DNA of 64,000 nucleotides from a virus. The notes under the pieces are model-generated. The model searched no databases, had not been told where the DNA came from, and saw nothing but the letters and a program-made list of their open reading frames with translations. The position numbers and the translations under genes are program-made. The DNA lies in the IMG/VR virus record IMGVR_UViG_3300037424_001778, positions 45,586 through 109,585 of that record; one strand, given 5' to 3'. Shown here in pieces: positions 58,779 to 64,000 of the stretch; the stretch's first letter is position 1; each line of letters starts with the position of its first letter.

Positions 58779-60950
58779 TCAAGCCCACTCAGCGCCTATT
58801 TCCGTGGAGTACGAAAGCTCGGCTGGCGTTACTACAGGTAAGTACCCCTCCTTGGGTAGGAGTTCAATGAGAGGGGAAATGCGGTCGGTTCTGACCATGG
58901 GAATGGCCCCCTTGATTCGAGCGGCGGCTGCAAGACCCCACTCGTGCCTAGCTGTATGGGCCCGTACAACCGCCGCGTCCTTTTCGAGGAGAACGTTGAC
59001 ACTCGGAAGCTCTGTTTTTCTAAACGGCACGGGAATGGTACTCGAAGGGTGGGCATCTAGGAGGGGGCAACGGGCAAGCCAGAACTCTTGTTCCCCGTCA
59101 ATTACTGCCGATTGTAGGTCCACCTGCGAAATTGCTCCTTGGAGTCTCTTCAGCCAGGCCCAACCTTCCGCCAAGGAGGCGGTGGAATAGGGAAGCGGCT
59201 GTCCGGTCCCACAAACGACGAAAGGGCACGCTGGGGTAAAACCGAACCTATTGAGGCGACCAAGTCTCTGAATAAGGGATGAGACTGGGGCAATATCTGT
59301 CACGAGGAGGTCTGCCGAGATGTTAAGACTCATTTCGGCCACCTGTGTAGTGAAGACCACCACAGCTCCGGCCTCTTGCGCTCCCAATCCCGACACGACT
59401 TCCCTGTGATGCTTAAGTCGGTCCTCGTACCTGAACCTCGAATGATAAATCAGCTTTCGGCCTGGACCTTTGTAGGAGAGGTAGGCCTCAACGCATGCGC
59501 CCACCGTATTCTTGACGACCAACACCTTGCCGCCAGAGGTGACGGCCTTAAGGATGGCAACTTCTGGGGGGTCGAAAGACCGAAAGTAGCGCTTATGTTT
59601 TTCCAGAGCTGCATCCCCCCCGATTACCTCCATCTGGACCCCGTGGACGGAGAAAACTGCAGCCTGAAGAGCAGCCTCCCTAGAAGCGGGCAGAGAGGCT
59701 GTCATAAGAAGGAGTGGAATACCGGGGAAGTGTCGAATGAACCCAAGCAGGGCCCCGAACATATCTGAATCGTAGGCGTGGATTTCGTCAAAAACAATAC
59801 TCGACCTAGCTGTGAGGGGCCACAGCCATCTCCCCTTATTTAAGTTGCACGTCACACCCAAGAGGGTATCCACAGTGCAAACTACGGCCGACGCCGCGTA
59901 CATACTAATAGTACGAATTTGCTCGATTTCTTCTTCGTCTTGAATACCCTGGTGTAAGTCGAATTCGTTCTCGTCGGCGGTGACCCTGGAGTGTTCCAGA
60001 TAACTTGAAGTCCCGGTGCCGTTTATGTCGACCCGGTACCCCTCCGTTGCTGTGCCTGTTGTGGGGTAGCAAAAAATAACCGATTTACCTCGGCTATGGG
60101 CCCAAAGATAAGCGGCGCTAGTTTTACCGTTCCCAGTCCCGGCCTTGACTAAGGTCACCGGAGATACAGAATCCCGAACGGACAATTGAAAGGCTCGTGG
60201 GGGGTTTTGTAAGATGCGCCCCACAACACCGTCCAAGTCGCATGGGCGGGACAGAACTTTTTGGAGCCAGGCTTCGTCCTTACGTGCGCGAGGCAGTGCG
60301 GAGCCGCATACGTCAGAGACGGTAACTAGAAGTTTGACTGCCGCAACCAAAGCTTTGTCCTTGGCCTTAATCGTATCGTCTATCCACTCTCTGTCTTCTT
60401 TGATATCCCCTTCGAGACCTCCCCTAGTTTTCATATCTACAGAAACGTTACTCAAGGGTGGGGGTGGGGGTAAGCCAAGATAAGAAGCCCCGAAATAGAG
60501 GAGGGAGGCAAAGTCGGGGTGGCCAGAAAAAACCTGCAAAGGGAGGCCGTCGTTAGTCTGCGGCTTATTTGTTTTTGTATGGTGCCCCCCAGCAGCAGAC
60601 AGCGCTATCGCTAGGTCTACTTCGGACGAAACGGCCTCCAGAAGCCAGGCCCTGAGTGGAGGTAGGTGCAGGACCATCCATACGCTTAGGGCTTCGTGGC
60701 GAACTCGCTGGCGGACATGGTGTGCAAGCTCGGCCTGAAAGTCGCTGCCCGCTTTGCCGAAGTCATGAATAAAAAACGCGAGTTTAGAAATATTGGTCAA
60801 TCTCTGGAGAGATTCCGAAGGAAGTCCCATCGCCTGGAGGGAGCTGTGTGCGGTAGCCAGAATCTGGAGGCCGTGGAGGCACACAGCACGAGTGTGTCCT
60901 TCGAATGTACCGGCCGGTTGGTTGCCAGACTTAGCTAGGAGCTTCTCCAT
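58779..60950 (-). CDS. cas3: Cas3 HD nuclease-helicase (723 aa)
   Basis: HT, IHDFGK, RHE, GHH, SD in HD domain; GTGNGKT, DEIH, TAS, TQVAEMSLNI, QRLGRLNR. Confidence 0.95.
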   Translation of the reverse strand: MEKLLAKSGNQPAGTFEGHTRAVCLHGLQILATAHSSLQAMGLPSESLQRLTNISKLAFFIHDFGKAGSDFQAELAHHVRQRVRHEALSVWMVLHLPPLRAWLLEAVSSEVDLAIALSAAGGHHTKTNKPQTNDGLPLQVFSGHPDFASLLYFGASYLGLPPPPPLSNVSVDMKTRGGLEGDIKEDREWIDDTIKAKDKALVAAVKLLVTVSDVCGSALPRARKDEAWLQKVLSRPCDLDGVVGRILQNPPRAFQLSVRDSVSPVTLVKAGTGNGKTSAAYLWAHSRGKSVIFCYPTTGTATEGYRVDINGTGTSSYLEHSRVTADENEFDLHQGIQDEEEIEQIRTISMYAASAVVCTVDTLLGVTCNLNKGRWLWPLTARSSIVFDEIHAYDSDMFGALLGFIRHFPGIPLLLMTASLPASREAALQAAVFSVHGVQMEVIGGDAALEKHKRYFRSFDPPEVAILKAVTSGGKVLVVKNTVGACVEAYLSYKGPGRKLIYHSRFRYEDRLKHHREVVSGLGAQEAGAVVVFTTQVAEMSLNISADLLVTDIAPVSSLIQRLGRLNRFGFTPACPFVVCGTGQPLPYSTASLAEGWAWLKRLQGAISQVDLQSAVIDGEQEFWLARCPLLDAHPSSTIPVPFRKTELPSVNVLLEKDAAVVRAHTARHEWGLAAAARIKGAIPMVRTDRISPLIELLPKEGYLPVVTPAELSYSTEIGAEWA

Positions 60951-60953
60951 CCC

Positions 60954-61349
60954 TCACCTGTACCATTTTCTCCACCACACCACAAGCCCGTCCATCAAAT
61001 CTGCGTGTCGCTTACAGTGCCACTTCATATTCAAAATACGGTCCTTTTCGGCCTGTGTCCGGGCCAAAAGTATCTGACCTTCACGCGTGCGGATATCCAG
61101 GTAGTGTGCCAGTTCATGGAGTACGACACGCACGTACCTGTTCTTGCCGTAAATTATGCGCCGGTCGGGTCCATCCCACACCAGCCACGAGCAGCCCTCG
61201 CTCTCGAATTCTACCGGCAATGGACGGACTCCATAGTCATGCCAGAACCGTGCTAATACCCGTTCGATGTTCTTTTGGGAAATGCGTTTTTGGGCGATAT
61301 CGGGGTGTCGCGCTTGTTCGGCTCGGTAGTACTCAAGAAACTTAGGCAT
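60954..61349 (-). CDS. Small HExxH (SprT-like) metalloprotease-family protein
   Basis: 'VVLHELAHYL...WHCKRH'; stop is 3 bp from cas3 start. Confidence 0.6.
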   Translation of the reverse strand: MPKFLEYYRAEQARHPDIAQKRISQKNIERVLARFWHDYGVRPLPVEFESEGCSWLVWDGPDRRIIYGKNRYVRVVLHELAHYLDIRTREGQILLARTQAEKDRILNMKWHCKRHADLMDGLVVWWRKWYR

Positions 61350-61592
61350 ATTATTTGACTTTCGGGGTAGGTTGTGAGCGTAGTTTCCCGTTGACGATAA
61401 AACTAATCAATTACTGGCTGACGTTAAATCTCAACCCAAGCTGAGCCTGAGTATATCTCTTTCCGCCACTGGCAAGAGGAGTCTGCCCTTCTTGCTTTCG
61501 AACGGTAGAGCGAACTCCAGAAACTTAGGCACGGAAGGCCTCCAGTCAGCCCCAGGAACGACGAACACTCCCAGGACCTAGCTCGGGTGGGG

Positions 61593-62516
61593 TCAGTTGA
61601 GTTGCGGGGCTACAGGGGGCGCTGAGCCCTCGTCTTCGTCCAGGGCGTGATGTACGATGGGGTACCATTCGCCATACAACACGGGGAGGACGGCTTGGCC
61701 GATTTCTTCGTCTGTGTAGTCCGAGAGAGCCTTGAACTCTTCGCCGAGGCGGGCACGCGCACGGAAACCTACATTTACTGGGTCGATGCCCCACGTAGAT
61801 AGATATAACCCGTGAGTATCCAGGCAGCAATCGCAAATATCACCGCCAACGGACTCTAGGTAGTTCTCGAAAACCTCGAAGACCCAATTGTAAATTCCTG
61901 TGAATTCGGGATTATCTGCGTGGAGGTTGTAAATCAGGTGGGTCAGCTTCTCGATTTTGTTCATTTTGTTGCCTTTCTTAGATGGTATCCAGAACCTGTA
62001 GACGGTCCAGGGCCCGCCGGTCAGCTTCGTATTGCGCATTCATTTTGGCTCTGTCTTCGTTACACACACGTTCGTGAGCTTCGATGTCGTACTTGCTAGG
62101 GCGACAGCGATTGGGCCCGTTCATTCGGTCGACTTCGATTCCGTCGCTCCATTCGCCGTATACCATTTCCAGCCCTTGTCTCAGCCTGTCAATCAACGTA
62201 TTCTTCATTTCGGCTCCTTTTTAACTAGCGATTCTGCATATTTGCGCAACACAGTACGGCACCACTTGCGGGCGCGCTCTTCGTCTCCGGGCCAGCCGCC
62301 GAGGTCGCAGATTGTGCTTAAATCTTGGCGCAAGGCACGTTCTAGGTCGTCCATTTCCATCTGACCCCACCCCTCCGGGATACACACCGCGAAGTTTTTT
62401 CTGGTCCCCAGCAGCTGTTCCACCCTAGTCAGTTCTTCCGTGTACCGTGCAACAGCCGACTGAATATCTAGCAGTTGGGAAGAAAGAGAGTGAAAATCGG
62501 AATCAGGTAGAATCAT
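61593..62516 (-). CDS. Three small hypothetical genes (61593-61964, 61978-62208, 62205-62516)
   Basis: Tandem or overlapping ORFs. Confidence 0.5.
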
Positions 62517-63130
62517 GTTGGTACTCCTCTTGCCTGTGTCATAAGTGCGTCAAGATACAATGTGCGGTGGTAGTCTACGTATTTTTCTACGGGATACAAG
62601 GAATCGAAGTTGTGGATTCTATTACGTAATTCGGCATCGGTCAATGACGAAACGTCACCCATGTCTGGCATTTTGAGCGTTTCTATTTTGTCTGGGGGTT
62701 TAGGGGCTACAGGTGCGACAATAGTAGGAGCAACCTTAGGCCTGGGGTTTTTTTGAGCCAGTGACGCCCTCTTTAGGTTCTCCTGTAGTGGGCGAGTATC
62801 ATACTTGTTCACACCTAGACCGACTCGGCTTATCGTGATATACCCCATCTCCTTCAATCCCTGGGCAGCTCGGTACGCCTTTTTGCACTGCCTGGATACT
62901 GGGTCGTAGGGCCATATCAGCTTCTTAGCTATGGCCTCGTGTCCATAGTAGCTACTGGTATTGTTCCCTTGAGTTGATACCAGGAAGTGAAGAAAGATGA
63001 ACTCGGCGTCTTCGAGCAGGAGCTTCTCTTTATTTTCGTTGATAGCCACGTAGACAAGGTCCATGGGTGTGCGTCCATCCCACAAGTGGTCCCAATCCGG
63101 AGGTCGCCGTTTGTTCTTAATGGTCTTCAT
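62513..63130 (-). CDS. Winged-HTH protein, Rep/replication-initiator-like
   Basis: 'FLHFL...YYGHEAIAKKL...AAQGLKEMGYITISR...NKYD' follows the HTH_36-like layout; promoter TTGACG-N18-TACTTT at 63141-63170. Confidence 0.55.
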   Translation of the reverse strand: MKTIKNKRRPPDWDHLWDGRTPMDLVYVAINENKEKLLLEDAEFIFLHFLVSTQGNNTSSYYGHEAIAKKLIWPYDPVSRQCKKAYRAAQGLKEMGYITISRVGLGVNKYDTRPLQENLKRASLAQKNPRPKVAPTIVAPVAPKPPDKIETLKMPDMGDVSSLTDAELRNRIHNFDSLYPVEKYVDYHRTLYLDALMTQARGVPT

Positions 63131-63173
63131 GGATGCTAGAAAAGTACCACAAGGCCGAGGTGTACGTCAAGCG

Positions 63174-63418
63174 CCAGACACGGAGAACTGGCACTGTCGA
63201 ATTAGGATGTGGTCAAATGTACCGACTACTGCTACCAATACTTACCGCTCCGGCCAGACGCCAAGCACTGGTGACTGCTGTCTGCACCAGACACAGGAGA
63301 CTGGTAGTGCCAGACACAGGAGACTGGTCGACCAGACACAGGAGACTGGTAGTGCCAGACACAGGAGACTGCTGAATCAGAGTAAGAGAATCAGAGCCAA
63401 TGAATCAGAGGTTGAATC
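63174..63418. repeat. Iteron-like repeats: six CCAGAC-N7-ACTG(G) units plus three GAATCAGAG units
   Basis: CCAGACACAGGAGACTGG at 63287, 63310, 63332, 63355 (last base differs); variants at 63174 and 63254; GAATCAGAG at 63374, 63388, 63402. Confidence 0.85.
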
Positions 63419-63566
63419 GGGGCCAGACCACCACCAGACAACAACCCTACCTTCGCCTTCGGCTCAGCTCGCCGCTTCGCGTCTCGGGGTCGTGTCTGGT
63501 GTGTTTCCGCTTCGCGGAACCCAACCATCACTTGCTGATGTATAATCCATGTGATACTCTCTTGTG

Positions 63567-64000
63567 ATGCTATACATTGACACTCCAACCAAAGTTCGAA
63601 TCCCTAAAGCTGATGTATCTGACATCCAACTACAGCAACTAAAAGCAGGACTCACCTATACAAACAAGACAGCCGTATTTGAATTATCTAGACTGAAGAA
63701 GCAAGCTCGGTGGATGACTGAAGAAGAATACCAAGAGAAGCAAGACACCCTGAAGGCTCAGACCAAAGTATGTTTACTATTTGAAGACCCCAACGACTAC
63801 TGGACCTATTCGGGCCTAGCCCAGTTCGTCTCTGGAACACTACGACAATCAATCCAAAACAACATTCAATATCCAGACCCCCAACTCCTGCCATGGGACA
63901 ACGAGCCTCCTTTCGCTATGAGGGCCTATCAAGAAGAGATATGCGATAAGCTCTTACAGTGTAAGCATGGAGGGGTAAGTGTAGGAACAGGGCTCGGTAA
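63567..64000 (+). CDS. SF2 helicase (UvsW-like), 5' part, truncated by window
   Basis: Manual translation MLYIDTPTK...MRAYQEE...GVSVGTGLG(K) shows Q motif and Walker A; TATAAT at 63541. Confidence 0.75.
   Translation, partial: MLYIDTPTKVRIPKADVSDIQLQQLKAGLTYTNKTAVFELSRLKKQARWMTEEEYQEKQDTLKAQTKVCLLFEDPNDYWTYSGLAQFVSGTLRQSIQNNIQYPDPQLLPWDNEPPFAMRAYQEEICDKLLQCKHGGVSVGTGLG

Noticed and set aside
61354-61592. Non-coding gap upstream of the cas operon examined for tRNA, creTA or repeat copies
   Set aside because: No cloverleaf and no repeat-like hairpin found; no tRNA recognised anywhere in the window.
1-64000. Genome-wide TAG reassignment (code 15)
   Set aside because: Only one interrupted gene was seen; very long ORFs are intact in code 11, and TAG ends apparently complete genes (30751, 43532).

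Overview
Segment of a large, contractile-tailed (myovirus-like) dsDNA phage genome, GC-rich by eye, with no cellular housekeeping context. 1-20.2 kb (+): tail and baseplate module (tape-measure-like, hub, spike, LysM/gp25 fusion, very large baseplate J, tube-like protein, tail fibre) and an M15 endolysin. 20.2-28.1 kb (-): small early/accessory genes driven by apparently leaderless sigma70-type promoters. 28.2-54.2 kb (-): replication, recombination and nucleotide metabolism (DnaB-like helicase, primase, RecA, SSB, DnaE, dUTPase, class II RNR, RuvC-like, SMC-like, chaperonin) with several homing-endonuclease-like genes. 54.2-61 kb (-): a compact phage-borne type I CRISPR-Cas interference module (cas3-cas8/Cmx8-cas7-cas5-cas6 plus a 9-repeat array) with no adaptation genes beside it. 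62.5-64 kb: Rep-like HTH gene, iteron-like repeats and the start of an SF2 helicase. Most striking: 20 kb from the array, directly after the SSB stop codon, two diverged copies of the CRISPR repeat flank one ~27-nt spacer that is a wobble-position variant of the adjacent SSB 3' end. This suggests an RNA-guided allele-exclusion or homing system, or a regulatory crRNA. Other oddities: an in-frame TAG inside the chaperonin and a conserved phage gene apparently split by a two-gene insert. All functional calls come from motif recognition by eye; no database searches were run. A Myxococcota/deltaproteobacteria-like host is only a guess from the Cas subtype.
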